Program-made: the position numbers and the translations under genes
Notes under the pieces: generated by a model
Database searches by the model: none
Told to the model about the DNA's origin: nothing
Seen by the model: only the letters and a program-made list of their open reading frames with translations
DNA from: Mobula birostris
Lineage: Eukaryota
Assembly: GCF_030028105.1 (NCBI RefSeq)
Contig: NC_092385.1
Location: 25,882,774-25,946,773, forward strand
DNA length: 64,000 bases
Direction: 5' to 3'
Shown: one piece after another, positions 36,948 through 50,759 of the stretch
How positions within the stretch are numbered: the stretch's first letter is position 1
Layout of the letters: each line of letters begins with the position of its first letter

Positions 36948-39900
36948 GGCATCCGTTAGTTTCATCAGACCATGGATTTGCCCCTTGGAAGATTTCCAGG
37001 GCACAGGCCTGGGCAAGGTTGTATGCAGGGCCGGACTTTAGGCAGGACTAGGCTGGGCTGCAGCCCAGGGGCCAGAGCTGCAGAGGGGCCCAAAATAGGT
37101 AGCTATCATCATGGTGGACAAAAAAAAAATACGAGAGTGGAGCACAGAAAAGAAAAAGAAACGAGAAAAAGAGGACCGTGAGAAAGAAGCATTAAAAAAG
37201 ACATTGAAATTGACAGAATTTTTAAAACCTGTTCTTGATGACGCAGCAGTACATCGCTCTTGTCACAGTCTGAGACCAGTGGACAAATGGAGACTTGTTC
37301 AACAGCTAGCGCTAGCACCAGCGTTAGCACAGGACCACCGTCCTTGCCACAATCAGCAGCTAACGTTGAAGAGGCAGAGAGCATGACTTTGGGATTCCCA
37401 ACTACAGAGGCCTCCAAACAACCAAGTCCGGCCACCATTAATGTTAATGTTACCGCTACTGAGGATCCTTACAGCCCTGATCCTGCTCGCTGGGGAAAGG
37501 AAATGTTAGATGATTCAGTTCGAGCATACTGGGCTAAGAAAGGGCCGGAGACCTGCCAGAATAAGGATGTGGATATCAAAGCTTCGGAACGAGTATACTA
37601 ACAGCAGAGAAGTTTTTTTCCCTCCAAATTTCACTTCAAACACAAGCTCGTAAATGGGCAATGTCTCTTATATTCCCCTTCCACTGGCTGTGTGTTTTGT
37701 TCTGCATGCCACATCTTCAATGATGGTAACTGTCAGTCCATCTTTGAAACTGGCTTTAACGACTGGAAACATGCCGCTGAGCACATAGGATTGCATGAAA
37801 ATAGAAGACACTGCAGGAAAACGATACTAACCTACGTTACACTAGCGTCTGATAGCGGAAGAATAGATACAGAACTGCAAAAACAGTTCGAGTCAGAGTG
37901 TGTCTACTGGACCGACGTATTAAGAAGAGTGGTGGCGGTTGTGAAGTTTTTGGTCAAGAGGGGATTGGCTATCCGAGACTCCAGTGACATACTTGGCAGG
38001 CCTGATAATGGCAACTACATGGGCATTCTACAGGTAATAAGTGAGTTTGACCCATTTTTGAAGGCGCACATACAGAAATTTGGAAATGCAGGATCAGGCA
38101 CCCCTTCATATCTTTCACCTAAAACATGTGAGGAGTTTATTGAGCTCATGAGCCATCGAGTTCTGTCAGAGATCGTCAGTGAAGTCAAAATGGCCAAATA
38201 CTTTTCGATTAGCATCGATTCAAGCACAAATGTTGCACACGTAGATCAGCTCACATTCATTTTACGTTATGTGTCAACTGATGAAAACATTCAGGAACGA
38301 TTCTTACGATTTCTACTCATTGAGAGCCACACAGGGGAGGCTTTATGTGAGTCTGTGCTCAAAGTTTCAGGAGCGATGAATATTGACATAAGCAACTGCA
38401 GGGGGCAGTGCTATGACAATGCTGCAAATATGTCCGGTGCATACAAAGGCTTACAATCCCACATCAAGGAAATCAATTCACTTGCTGAGTGGGTTCCATG
38501 TTCAACACACACATTGAATCTCGTTGGAATCAACAATGTCAACTGTTGTGTTGAAACAGCTGATTTTTCCAGCTTCGTACAGAATGTGTTCAACTTCTGC
38601 TCCAAGTCAACTTCTAGGTGGAAGGTGGTGACTGCAGGACTTCAACCTAATGCGAACAAGCGCATTGAAACTCTGAAGTTTCTCTCTAATACTACAGGGG
38701 CTGCACATGCAGAAGCCACACAGGCATTGTGCGGAAATTATGCCAATATTCAAGATTTGTGAAGGAGCATTGCAGATGACATTAATCAGAATGTGGCAAC
38801 TAGAAATGAAGTGCGGTCACTATACAAAAAAATGGACAAGCTTGAGATAGCTTTTCTGAGCAAATTGTGGCATTGTATTCTTCAGCGCTTTGAAACTGCA
38901 AGTGTTGCATTGCAAGCTGTAAGTCTAGTCCTGTGTATGTGGATTTGGTGAGATCACTACAGGGATACATAGCAAGCTTGCATGATCGATTTGATATTTT
39001 TGAGACCCAAGCTAAAACAATGTCTCCAACAGTCTCACAAGTGTACAAAGAAGACACCCAACGACAAAGAAAACGTAAAGCCTGTCTGGGTGAATCCACA
39101 ACAGCTGATGTTGGCTTGTCAGCCAGAGAAAAATTCTCAGCTACTGTTTTTTTGGTCGTGGTGGATGGATTACTTGCAGAAATTGATTGCAGATTTGCAT
39201 CATATAATGACCTTAACAACACATTTGGTATCCTAAACAATATCCCTTCTCTCTCTGTACAAGATCTGTGCGAGAGAGCATCTGAACTCTAAAGCAGATA
39301 TTCAGCTGACCTGGAGTTAGACTTTGTGGAGGAGATTGTCCATTTCAGGGAATTTGTAAGTGACAAAGATATTTCATCCACAACAGAGCTTTTATGCTTC
39401 CTCAGAGAAAAAACTTGCAGGTCATCTTCCCAAATGTAAGCATTGCTTTGAGACTTTACCTGACTCTCCCTGTCACAAATGCAAGTGAGCGATCCTTCTC
39501 CAAGCTCAAGCAAGTGAAAAATAGGCTCAGATCCACAATGGGACAGGACAAACTGAATCATCTTACTCTGATGTCACTTGAAAGTGATCTTGTTCAGAAA
39601 CTGGATTTTAGTGATCTGATCAAGGACTTTGCTGCAAAGTAATCCAGAAGAACTAGGCTTTAATTTTGAAAAACTTCGTAACTATCTAGGCTTGTGTGTC
39701 AGTGCTGTTCCTGTTTTTGTGGCAATAGGCTAATAGTTGACTGTTTACAAACCTAGCAAGTAATAAGTGGTCTTTACTCTGCAAGCCACACAGCACAGCA
39801 ATAGGTTATTATGTGCTAGATCTCATTTTTCAAAAAGATTGTTGGAGTATTGTCAAGTTTCCTAGTTTGCCATAGTGCCATCTCTCTTGGCCTTTTGGTC

Positions 39901-40560
39901 TCTCATTTCCATTTTACTTTCTCAGAACACACAGTTGAGAAAAATACTTAGGTAAAAATGCTTTGGCATTGTTTGAGAAATAAGGCCTATGGTATGTGCA
40001 GCAATAGCTAAATAATGATTTAAGATTGGATTCATCATACTTCGTCTCTCTCATAACTTTACTAAGCCAACTAAGCCTAGATCAATTTTTGAGTGCTTTA
40101 AATGCTGTCCTTCAAACTAAGAATCTGCATTACTTTCTGTCCTCCCTCTTAAGGCCTGTAAGTTTATAGCCTACGTATTGTACTAAACCAATGTCTTGGT
40201 CCACAGCTTTGATATTTAGACCAGTACGACCTTTGCTCTTGTTCTTGCCTTTTTTTTGCTTGGTACAGCAGGTATCGGCAGGGGCCCATCAGGGCCTTCA
40301 GCCCAGGGGCCCCGGCCCACTAAATCTGGCCCTGGTTGTATGGAAGACCAGCAGTTGCCCATGCTGCAAGTCTTCCCTCTCCACGCCACCGATGTTGTCC
40401 AAGGGAAGGGCATTAGGACCCATACAGCTTGGCAACAGTGTCATTGCAGAGCAATGTGTGGTCAAGTGCCTTGCTCAAGGACACACATGCCGCCTCAGCC
40501 AAGGCTCAAACTAGCAACCTTCAAATCACTAGACGAACGCCTTAACCACTTGGCCACGCC
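36948..40560 (-). mobile_element. tRNA-headed SINE with RTE-like body, split by the hAT insertion (parts 36948-37025 and 40335-40560)
   Basis: Head gtggccaagtggttaaggcg... on the minus strand; halves appear to join across the TSD; body similar to 49740-49850. Confidence 0.7.
37026..40334 (+). mobile_element. Full-extent hAT (Tip100/ZMYM1-like) transposon with disrupted transposase
   Basis: 8-bp TSD GTTGTATG (37018-37025 and 40335-40342); TIRs CAGGGCC(G/A)GA..TTAG; TTF-type zinc finger, SIDSST, YDNAANMSG, CSTH, ASERSFSKL across ORFs 37260-39642. Confidence 0.93.
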
Positions 40561-41911
40561 ATTTGCCATTAGCTTGTGCTTTATTATATACACATACAGT
40601 AGCTTATTGATATTTACATATTGGCAGTTCCCTCTGATGTCTGGATATACAGTACAGTAGCTGTTTTTACCATTGGTTGTTACCTCAAATTATAGGCTTG
40701 CCTTGAAATTTCTGCATAAAAGTGTATCCTTCTGCTTCTAAAACTCAACATTAGCAGAAAATAAAACATTTCAAATGCAGAATTAAGAAGTAATCAATGA
40801 TGAGAACAGACCAGATTCATATTAAAAATAACTTGGAAGGTTAATGCCAAAAGCAATTAAGACAGCCATTATAGAATTAAGATACTTGGTTTGATATAGT
40901 ATACTGGCAGATCACTTAGTAGGATTCTTCCCAAGTCAGATCATTACAGAATTAAGCTCTACCCTTGGCATTTTAGTCCGATAGATTGATTCCTTAGTGC
41001 AATTCTGGCTCCTGCACCATAAGGTATGTCATTTTTCAAATGAGACAATCATAGTCCCACCAGATCTCTTGGATGAATGTAAACATCTGTATAGATCACT
41101 GTCCCTGCTTCAGATTTGTTTTACTGTGAATAACAGATTTCACATTTAGTTTTGTATCTGTTTGTTTTCTGATTACTCACTGGTCCTTCAGCTCACTCAC
41201 TTTGCATCTCAAAACTGAATAGAATGCTGGATTCTGATCTTCCCTTCTCTTGATTGTATCATTACATGAGTGTTAATTTGATTACTTTCCATGGATTCTT
41301 AAAGGTAGCAGAACAATTCAATAAAGTAATTTAAAATGCAGGCATTATACATTTCTATATTTGCCAAGGAGGTTATGTTAGAACTAATTTAGCTTCAGGT
41401 TCAACACCATGTACAATTCTGATCAAATTATGTGGATGCACTGGAGAAGGATTGGAGAGTAGGTAGTTGACATTTACAAGGCCAAATGCAGTGCATAAAA
41501 TTGAGGGTAAATAGGACTAACATTTCCCTTGTGTCAAAAACTGATGGATGTTCTGGGAGATATATTAGAGGAGAGATGAGGAATAAAGAGGTAGAAAGGA
41601 GGAAAAGCTGAGGGTGGAGCCCTGACCTTCACTTTTAGCTGGGAGACACAAATTAAGTTTCCAATTTTTTTTATACCAAAGACATTTCTTTATATATGAA
41701 ATACGTAGAATATTACATTTTAATTCTTGTGAGTAAAAACTTAAAATATAAATTAAAACAATATATTAATAAATAAAAACAATTAATTAAAAGTTCAAAA
41801 AAAGTATTTCTTTTCTGCAGACACATCCTGTATCTCATGCATTGCCTAAAAAACAGGTTGAGAATAGAGTTGGTGGGCATTTTGCCTAAAAAACAGGGTG
41901 AGGATAAGAGT

Positions 41912-42560
41912 TGGTGGGCATTTTGCAGCAAAGACTGGGTGATCATTTTGCCAAGCACCTTCTCTCAGACTCAAAGGTGACTCACAACTCCATATTGCCT
42001 GCAAATTTAATTCTCCATCTAACACTCACTTTGACATATCTGTCTGAGACCTCGTTGGTCTCTGAGGCCCAATACAACGCTCAGGATCAACATGTTACCT
42101 ACCATCTTCTGGAATCAAGATGGAATTCTCCAATGTGCTTTTCCTTTCTGTCTCTATTAGAACTGAATATTTCTGGCAGACATTCATCTGTGACTTTCAC
42201 TCAATATTTTCTTTCCAATATGGAAAACTGGCCTCTGGGCACATTCCACAGCTCTGCTATTATGAACACACCAGACTGAGAGGCATAATGCACTTCAAGC
42301 TGCCACATTTACCCATCTAGTCTCACTGTTTCTGATATATTCCCTTTATTCTATGCATTCCCCTTCCTACCCTTTATTCTGTGCATTCCCCTTCCTATTT
42401 CTTTCTACTGGAAATTATTTTCTCTTTCTCAATTTTGACAAGCATTTCAGGCCCGCAATGTTCACTGTTTCTCTTTCCTCACATGCTACTTGACATGCTG
42501 CGAGCTTCCAGCATTTTTGGCTCTTATTTCAGACTTTTGGTATCTGCAGTTTTTGAAATT
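41912..42560 (+). mobile_element. Old Penelope-like GIY-YIG fragment and tail
   Basis: QRLGDHFAKHL remnant, CT-rich UTR, decayed tail. Confidence 0.55.
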
Positions 42561-42695
42561 TGAATTATTGCAGAAATGGTAGTTTATTTGCCTTGGTAGG
42601 AAGAAAGAATAAAAACAGGATTTTGTTTAAATGGAGAACCTAAAGAAATCTGTTATGCAGATAGAATTGCGTGCCGCTGTGTATGAATCAAAGTT

Positions 42696-45600
42696 AGATG
42701 AAAGTCCCGGAAGACCACATCTGCACCAGGTGTGTCGAGTTGCAGCTCCTGAGAAACTGCATTAGGGAACCGGAACTGCAACTCAATGACCTTCGTCTGG
42801 TCAGGGAGAGTGAGGAGGTGACAGAGGGGAGCTATAGGCAGGTAGTCACCCCGGGACCACAGGAGACAGAGAAGTGGGTAACAGTCAGGAGAGGGAAGGG
42901 CAAGAAGCAGGTGCTAGAGAGTACCCCAGTGGCTGTCCCTCCCTTAATAATAAGTACTCCTGTTTGAGTACTGTTGGGGGGGATGGCCTACCTGGGGGAA
43001 GCAACAGTGGTCACGCCTCTGGCACAGAGTCTCACCCTGTGGCTCAGAAGGGTAGGAAAAGGAAGAGGATGGCAGCAGTGATAGGGGACTCTATAGTTTG
43101 GGGGTCAGATAGGCGATTCTGTGGACGCAGGAAAGAAACGCAGATGGTAGTCTGCCTCCCAGGTGCCAGGGTCCAGGATGTTTCTGATCGCGTCCATGAT
43201 ATCTTGAAGTGGGAAGGAGAACAGCCAGAGGTCATGGTACATATTGGTACCAATGACATAGATAGAAAAAGGGAGGAGGTCCTGAAAACAGATCACAGGG
43301 AGTTAGGAAAGAAGTTGAGAAGCAGGACCTCAAAAGGTAGTAATCTCGGGATTACTGCCTGTGCCACGTGACAGTGAGTATAGGAATAGAATGAGGTGGA
43401 GGATGAATGCATGGCTGAGGGTTTGGAGTAGGGGGCAGGGATTCAGATTTCTGGATCATTGGGACCTCTTCTGGGGCAGGTGTGACCTGTACAAAAAGGA
43501 CAGTTACACTTGAATCCGAAGGGGACCAATATCCTGGCAGGGAGGTTTGCTAAGGCTATTGGGGAGAGTTTAAACTAGAATTGCTGGGGGGTGGGAACTG
43601 AACTGAAGAGATAGAGGAAGAGGCCGTTGGCTCACAAATAGAGAAAGCTTGGAGACAGTGTGAAAGGGAGGATAGGCGGGTGATAGAGAAGGAACGCGCT
43701 CAGACTGATGGTTTGAGATGTGTCTATTTTAATGCGAAGAGTATTATGAATAAAGTGGATGAGCTTAGAGTGTGGATCAGCACTTGGAGCTATGATGTTG
43801 TGGCCATTACAGAGACTAGGTTGGTACAGGAGCAGGAATGGCTACTTCAAGTGCTAGGCTTTAGATGTTTCAGAAAGGATAGGGAGGGAGGCAAAAGAGG
43901 TGGGGGCATGGCACTGTTGATCAGAGATAGTGTCACGGTTTAGAAAAGGAGGAAGTCATGGAGAGGTTGTCTACAAAGTCTCCGAGGGTGGAAGTTAGGA
44001 ATAGTAAGGGGTCAATAACTCCGGATATTTTTTTTATAGACCATCCAATAGTTACAGGGACATCAAGGAGCAGATGGGAGACAGATTCTGGAAAGGAGTA
44101 ATAATAACAGGGTTGTTGTGGTGGGAGGTTTTAATTTTCCAAATATTGATAGGCATCTCCCTAGAGTGAGGGGTTTAGATGGGGTAGAGTTTGTTAGGTG
44201 TGTTCAGGAAGGTTTCTTGACACAATATGTAGATAAGCCTACAAGAGGAGAGGCTGTATTTGATCTGGTATTGGGAAATGAACCTGGTCAGGTGTCAGGT
44301 CTCTCAGTGGGAGAGCATTTTGGAAATAGTGATCACAATTCTACATCCTTTACCACAGCATTGGAGAGGGATAGGAACAGACAAGATAGGGGAAACGTTT
44401 AATTGGAGTAAGGGGAAATATAAGGCTATCAGGCAGGAACTTGGGAGCATAAATTGGAAACAGAGGTTCACAGGGAAATGTACGGAAGAAATATGGCAAA
44501 TGTTCAGGGAATATTTGTGTGGGGTTCTGAGTATGTATGTTCCAATAAGACATGGAAAGGATGGTAGGGTATAAGATCCATGGTGTACAAAGGCTGTTGT
44601 AAATCTAGTCAGGAAGAAAAGAAGTTACGAAAGGTTCAAAAAACTAGGTAATGATAGGAATCTAGAAAATTAAGGCTAGCAGGAAGGAGCTTAAGAATGA
44701 AATTAGGAGAGCCAGAAAGGGCCATGAGAAGGCCTTGGCGGACAGGAATAAGGAAAACCCCAAGGCATTCTACAAGTATGCAAGAGGATAAGACGTGAGA
44801 GAATAGGACCAATCAAGTGCGACAGTGGAAAAGTATGTACGGAACCGGAGGAAATAGTGGAGGTACTAATGAATACTTTGCTTCAGTACTCACTATGGAA
44901 AAGGATCTTGGCGATTGTAGGGATGACTTGCCGTGGACTGAAAAGTTTGAGCATGTAGATATTAAGGAAGAGGATGTGCTGGAGTTTTTGGAAAGCATCA
45001 AGATGGCTAAGTCACCAGGACCGGATGGGATGTACCCCAGGCTACTATGGGAAGTGAAGGAGGAGATTGCTGAGCCTCTGGCAATGATCTTTGCATCATC
45101 AATGAGAACAGGAGAGGTTCCGGATGATTGGAGGGTTGCAGATGTTGTTCCCTTATTTAAGAAAGGGAGTAGGGATAGCCCAGGAAATTATAGGCTAGTG
45201 AGTCTTACTTCAGTGGTTGGTAAGCTGATGAAGAAGATCCTGAGAGGCAGGATTTATGAACATTTGGAGAGGCATAATATGATTAGGAATAGTCAGCATA
45301 GTTTTGTCAAAAGCAGGTTGTGCCTTTCGAGCCTGATTGAATTTTTTGAGGATGTGACAAAACATATTGATGAAGGTAGAGCCCTAGATGTAGTGTACAT
45401 GGATTTTAGCAAGGCATTTGATAAGGTACACCATGCAAGGTTTATTAAGAAAGTAAGGAGGCATGGGATCCAAGGGGACATTTCTTTGTGGATCCAGAAC
45501 TGGCTTGCCCACAGAAGGCAAACAGTGGTTGTAGATGGGTTATATTCTGCATGGAGGCCGGTGACCAGTGTGTGTCTCAGGGTTCTATTCTGGGACCCCT

Positions 45601-47092
45601 AATCCTTGTGATTTTTAAAAATGACCTGGATGAGGAAATGGAAGGATGGGTTAGTAAATTTGCTGATGACACAAAGGTTGGGGGTGTTGTGGACAGTGTG
45701 GAGGGCTGTCAAAGGTTACAATGGGACATTGATAGGATGCAAAACTGGGCTGAGAAGTGGCAGATGGAGTTCAACTCAGATAAGTGTGAGGTGGTTCATT
45801 CTGGTAGGTCAAATATGATGGCAGAATATAGCATTGATTAGATTAGATTAGATTCAACTTTATTGTCATTTTGCCGAGTACAGATACAAAGCCAATGAAA
45901 TGCATTTAGCACCTGACCAGAAATGCAAAGAATAGTGTTATTTACAAAATAACTGTGAATAAAAAATGTGCTACAGCACACAAATATAAAAGTACAGAGA
46001 CAGTACAATACGGATGCAATACTGCTTAGCACTGTGATCAGAGGTTCAGCAGTATCACAGCCTCAGGGAAGAAGCTCTTCCTGTGCCTGCTGGTGCGGGA
46101 GCTGGTGCTGGTAGCACCTACCGGATGGGAGGAGAGTAAAAAGTCCATGGTTAGGGTGAGATGCATCCCTGATAATGCTTTTCGCCCTGCCCAGGCAGCA
46201 TTTATGGTAGATGTTCTCAATGGAGAGCAATTGGGTGCCAATAATCCACTGGGCAGTTTTCACCACACGCTGGAGTGCTTTGCGGTCTGATACGGGACAA
46301 TTGCCATATCACACTGAGATGTAGTTGGTGAGTATGCTCTCAATGGTACAGCGGTAAAAGTAAATGGTAAGACTCTTGGCAGTGTGGAGGATCAGAGGGA
46401 TCTTGGGGTCTGAGCCCATCAGACACTCAAAGCTGCTACATTGGTTGACTCTGTGGTTAAGAAGGCATATGGTGCATTGGCCTTCATCAATCGTGGGATT
46501 GAGTTTAAGAGCCAAGAGGTAATGTTGCTGCTCTATAGGACCCTGGTCAGATCCCACTTGGAGTACTGTGCGCAATTCTGATCGCCTCACTACAGGAAGG
46601 ACGTGAAAACCATAGAAAGGGTGCAGAGAAGATTTACAAGGACGTTGCCTGGATTGGGGAGCATGCCTTATGAGAACAGGTTGAGTGAACTTGGCCTTTT
46701 CTCCTTTGAGTGACGGAGGATGAGAGGCGACCTAGTAGAGGTATACAAGATAATGAGAGGCATTGATCGTGTGGATAGTCAGAGGCTTTTCCCTAGGGCT
46801 GAAATGGCTAGCACGAGAGGTCACAGTTTTAAGGTGCTTGGAAGTAGGTACAGAGGAGATGTCGGGGTAAGTTTTTTTCTGCAGAGAGTGGTGAGTGCGT
46901 GGAATGGGTTGCTGGTGGTGGTGGTGGAGGCGGAAACAATAGGTTATTTTAAGAGACTCCTGGATGGCTACATGGAGCTTAGAAAAATAGAGGGCTATGG
47001 GTAAAGCCTAGGTAGTTCTAAGGTAGGGACATGTTCGGCACAGCTTTGTGGGCCGTAGGGCCTGCATTGTGCTGTAGGTTTTCTATGTTTCT
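42696..47092 (+). mobile_element. Near full-length CR1 LINE (ORF1 zf/LZ + SGNH esterase; ORF2 APE + RT), decayed and split by a Rex1 insertion
   Basis: HICTRCVELQLL, VIGDSIV, HIGTND (ORF1); [37 protein letters not shown] (ORF2); tttctatgtttcta tail. Confidence 0.92.
45838..46339 (-). mobile_element. Rex1/Babar-type 3' fragment nested in CR1
   Basis: FYRCTIESILTN...LLPSGR; (CTAAT)n tail at ~45838-45855. Confidence 0.8.
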
Positions 47093-47486
47093 AATTAGGA
47101 AAACAAATTGAATGCTGCGTTTTGGTGGAAGTAGATTGGAATGCAACACTGGAAAAGTCTTGCTTTTACTATACAGGTGAGAACACACCTGGAGCACCAG
47201 GTACAATTCCTTTGAATAATTTGATGAACCATATGTAGAGAAAGTTTGGAGAAGAATGAATCTCTTTCCACAGTTACTACCTGAACTGTTGCACGTGTTC
47301 AGCATTTGTTTTTTTATGTCAGACTTCCAGCACTTGCCATTTTTTTACCTAAACGTCTCTTACTCCAGAGTTGGAGTCAGCCGAGTATGAGAGGATGTAG
47401 TGGTGGAGGAAGAAAAAAACAACTTCTTCAAAAGATCTCCTGAAGAAAACAAAAGAGTAGAACCAAAATGCATTAAAAAAAATTAC

Positions 47487-47649
47487 CTGACAGCAAACTG
47501 GATTTCTGGCCCATCATCTGTCCAGTCTAATTCTTTAATCTTCCGATGCAGGTGTATAGATGCTTTTACAGCAGCCTCATATCGCTCAGTAGGTGTCAAG
47601 AAATACTGATTTTCTTGACTGAAAATAGGATCATTATTAATGATTCTCT
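47487..47649 (-). CDS. ACOX2: ACOX2 coding exon 2 (ERIINNDPIFSQENQYFL...EIQFAVR)
   Basis: 163 nt, tattag|...|gtaatt, in frame with exons 1 and 3. Confidence 0.92.
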
Positions 47650-49349
47650 CTAATAAAACAAAGAAAAAATTCTGGATTTAAAATGCAATATTTTATTTCA
47701 TTTGAAGTTTCTTTTTGAATTTAGATTAAATTTTGTACAAGTAGCTTTTGTAGTGCAAGTAGAACTCACTTTATAGAAAACAGACATCAGAGTTTCAGCT
47801 TTACAATAAAGACATCTGCATAGTAAGTGATCATGATTGTAGATTACAGGAAGTGAAGTGGAAATGTAAACTACAATGGATGAATGTTATGATCTTCATG
47901 GTTGTGAAAGTCAGAAGTTTGAGGGGTGCTTTCAGAGTAGCTTAGTTAGTAACTGATACGTGTTCTGAATTGTACGGGTGGGCTGGAGGCACTGTAAGTC
48001 CCAAAGCTCTGGTCTTCAGCATTATAGAGTGGATGTTGCCTGCCCCCGGAACCTATGCAGTATCCAATATTCCCAAGCGTTTGTTCGCTTCACATGCCAT
48101 GAGATGAATTGTCTGAAAACTGACTTCACTGATGGCACAGAATCAAGAGAAACTAAGGATTATCAATTTGGCAATTCTGGCTAAGTGTTTCAGCCTAGAC
48201 TTTGTACTTGCATGCCGGGCTCCGCCATTATTGAGGATGGGTTTGTTCTGAGATTTTTCATCTCCCATAACCTGCTCAATTGTCCACCACTATCTCCATC
48301 TAAATGTAGCAGGATTGCGGGAATTTGACCTGATCTGCAAAGTCCAATAGACAAAGCTGAATAATCTCCGTTGAGCAATATATGTGACCCATAACCAGAG
48401 GTATACATTTTTCTTAACTGGTCTGTGAAATAGTCTAGTGAGCTAGTCAGTTCAGGGCCAATAAATGCTGGTATAGTTTGCATTGCCCAAATACGTACAA
48501 AAGTTGAGGTGTTTACTTATGATGTAATGTTCGATTTTATTTGCAATTTCTCAGAAAAAGAAGCAACCCGTGTCTGGAAGCAGCAAGATCTGGAGAACAT
48601 TCAGACACAACAAAGTGTTTTCCAGGTGAATTTTAACTCATTTTCTTTTTCCACAGATGCTGCCTGACCTGCTGAGTATTTCCAGCCTTTCTAATGACCG
48701 AAATAGATTCTTTTCAAATCCATCTCCAATGGGTGAAAGCTTATTCTGAAAAAATGAACCCTACTTCAACATGCAAATACCAGGGGAAAAAATCCTCTCA
48801 ATATCTACTCTGTCAATTCCCACTTTTCAATTTTCTAAACACAAAATAGCATAGGCCCCGTTTTGATCAATGTTTCCGATGCTAACTCCTTCTTCTGATG
48901 CATTGATCTAATGAACCCACTTTGCACTGTCTTCACTCAGGTATGTTATTCTTTAAACATGGATCTGAAAGTTAAACATAGTAGTCCAGATGACATTTCA
49001 CCAACGCTCTGTAAAACTGCATCAACATTCCCTACTTTTACACTCATGCCTTTTGTAGTAAATGCAGACATTCCATTAGCCTTCCGAATTACTTGCTGAA
49101 TCAGCATACTGACTTTGTACTTCATTCATTGAGCTCACTTTTTCAAACTAAAAATATTTCTTCATTCTTACTTCCAAATGTTCCCACTTTATACTAGGTA
49201 TTAACATTTTGTTCACTTATTTTACTTATACATTCAAGAATCTCAACACCGTACAGGATGGGGCAGCTCACTTAGTGTGCACCATATCAACTCCTTCACT
49301 CACCCCACCACTGAGGCATTGTAGAAGTGTTTTGTACCCTCTCTATGGT

Positions 49350-49920
49350 TCCTTAAGGTTGTTATAGCTGGGGGTGGTATTGGGAACAAGCTCCCACTAC
49401 CCATTACATGCTTCCAATTGCGTGTGCCTCAAAAAACCTCTGACAACCAAGTCCAGATCCTGGGTATCACGTGTGGCTTATCTACTAAGCCCGGTAGAAC
49501 TGTGTCTACTGACAGGAAAAGGGGCAAAGGCAGGCTACTGGTGCCTTAAAACCCATCGCTTCGGGCAGGTGGGACTCACCAGCCATAGTTGGCTGCTCAT
49601 CTAGGGGAAGGAAAACACTGATTTCAAACCTATACCCACTCATGGGGAAGGCTTCAGGAGTAAACCATGAGGGAAAAATCCAGAGCTGGAGTCCCTAAGG
49701 CAGTCGTACATTGAGTTCAATGTTGACCGGCAACTCCTGCGACACTGCTAGTGCCAAACTGTATCAGTCTCTGCAGTTCCTTTGAGTTCTTCAGACGTGT
49801 GGAGAGGGGAGCTTGTTGCGTGGGCAACAGCTTGCTCTCTATATCGTACTGTCTGGGTTTGCGTATCTGGACAGCTAGGATGCAATATCCATTGTCAACT
49901 CTGACCGACAGAGGCCCTCA
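49350..49920 (+). mobile_element. Non-autonomous RTE-derived element
   Basis: RTE 5'-type motif tctaggggaaggaaaacactgatttcaaacc; 3' part shared with the SINE at 40335-40450; no RT ORF. Confidence 0.55.
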
Positions 49921-50490
49921 CTCACTCAGTAATTCACCAAAATTCCTTCGACAACACATTCCAAACTCAAACTATTACCAGCTGGACAAGGGAGCAAAGG
50001 CATGGGAACGCCACAGCCTGGAGTTGTCCTCCAAGCCACGCACCATCCTAACTTGGAAATGCAAGTGACTTCCTTCACCATTAAGGATTGGCAATTAAAT
50101 GTTGGCTCAGCCTCCACTGATAAACAAATTTAAAAAATCCTCTGGGATCTCTAGTTTCCAGAAAATTTTGGTAGATTATTATCTACGCACCTATGATCTT
50201 TGTGGCCTCCTCTGCTCAAAGGAAAAATATTACAAACTTCATGTTACTGCTATCAGGCAGGAGGTACATGAGCCTTAGGATCCACACTCAATGTTTTAGG
50301 AAGTTTTCTCCCCGTCAGATTTCTGAAGAATCTATGAACACTGCCTCATTATTCATCTTTTGCACTATTTTTTCCTGTAATTAAAGTAATTTTTTTGATG
50401 TCTTATTCAGTACTGTTGCTACAAATTTCACATTACGTTAATAATAAGCCTGATTCTGATTTTGCTCAGAAGGAATTTTTGGAATTTACT

Positions 50491-50504
50491 ACACTAGAGG
50501 GCGT
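50491..50504 (+). promoter_or_regulatory. CTCF-like motif in ACOX2 intron 1
   Basis: acACTAGAGGGCGt close to the CCACTAGAGGGCGC consensus. Confidence 0.35.
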
Positions 50505-50637
50505 AAGTTTCTCATTTGCTCATTAAATGGCGCATATGTCACCATCTACTATCCCGAGCTTCGTTTTTTGCATGCATTCACAGTAGAACAAAGAAATACC
50601 ATAGAATCAATGAAAGCTATCAATGACAAACCACCAA

Positions 50638-50759
50638 CACACGAGGAAATCTGCAAATGCTGGAATTTCAAGCAACACACATAAGAGTTGCTGGTGAACA
50701 CAGCAGGCCAGGCAGCATCTCTAGGAAGAGGTACAGTCGACGTTTCAGGCCGAGACCCT
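50638..50759 (-). mobile_element. 122-bp Penelope-derived insert with an 18-bp TSD and truncated hammerhead
   Basis: TSD TCAATGACAAACCACCAA at 50620-50637 and 50760-50777; begins at stem II, CUGAnGA missing. Confidence 0.85.

Noticed and set aside
41842-41922. ~40-bp tandem duplication (similar short ones at ~21480 and ~42346)
   Set aside because: Two-unit slippage duplications with no spacers; not CRISPR-like and no sign of function.
36827-47486. ACOX1-style mutually exclusive duplicate of exon 3
   Set aside because: No second YAQTE-encoding exon was seen by eye in the flanking introns.
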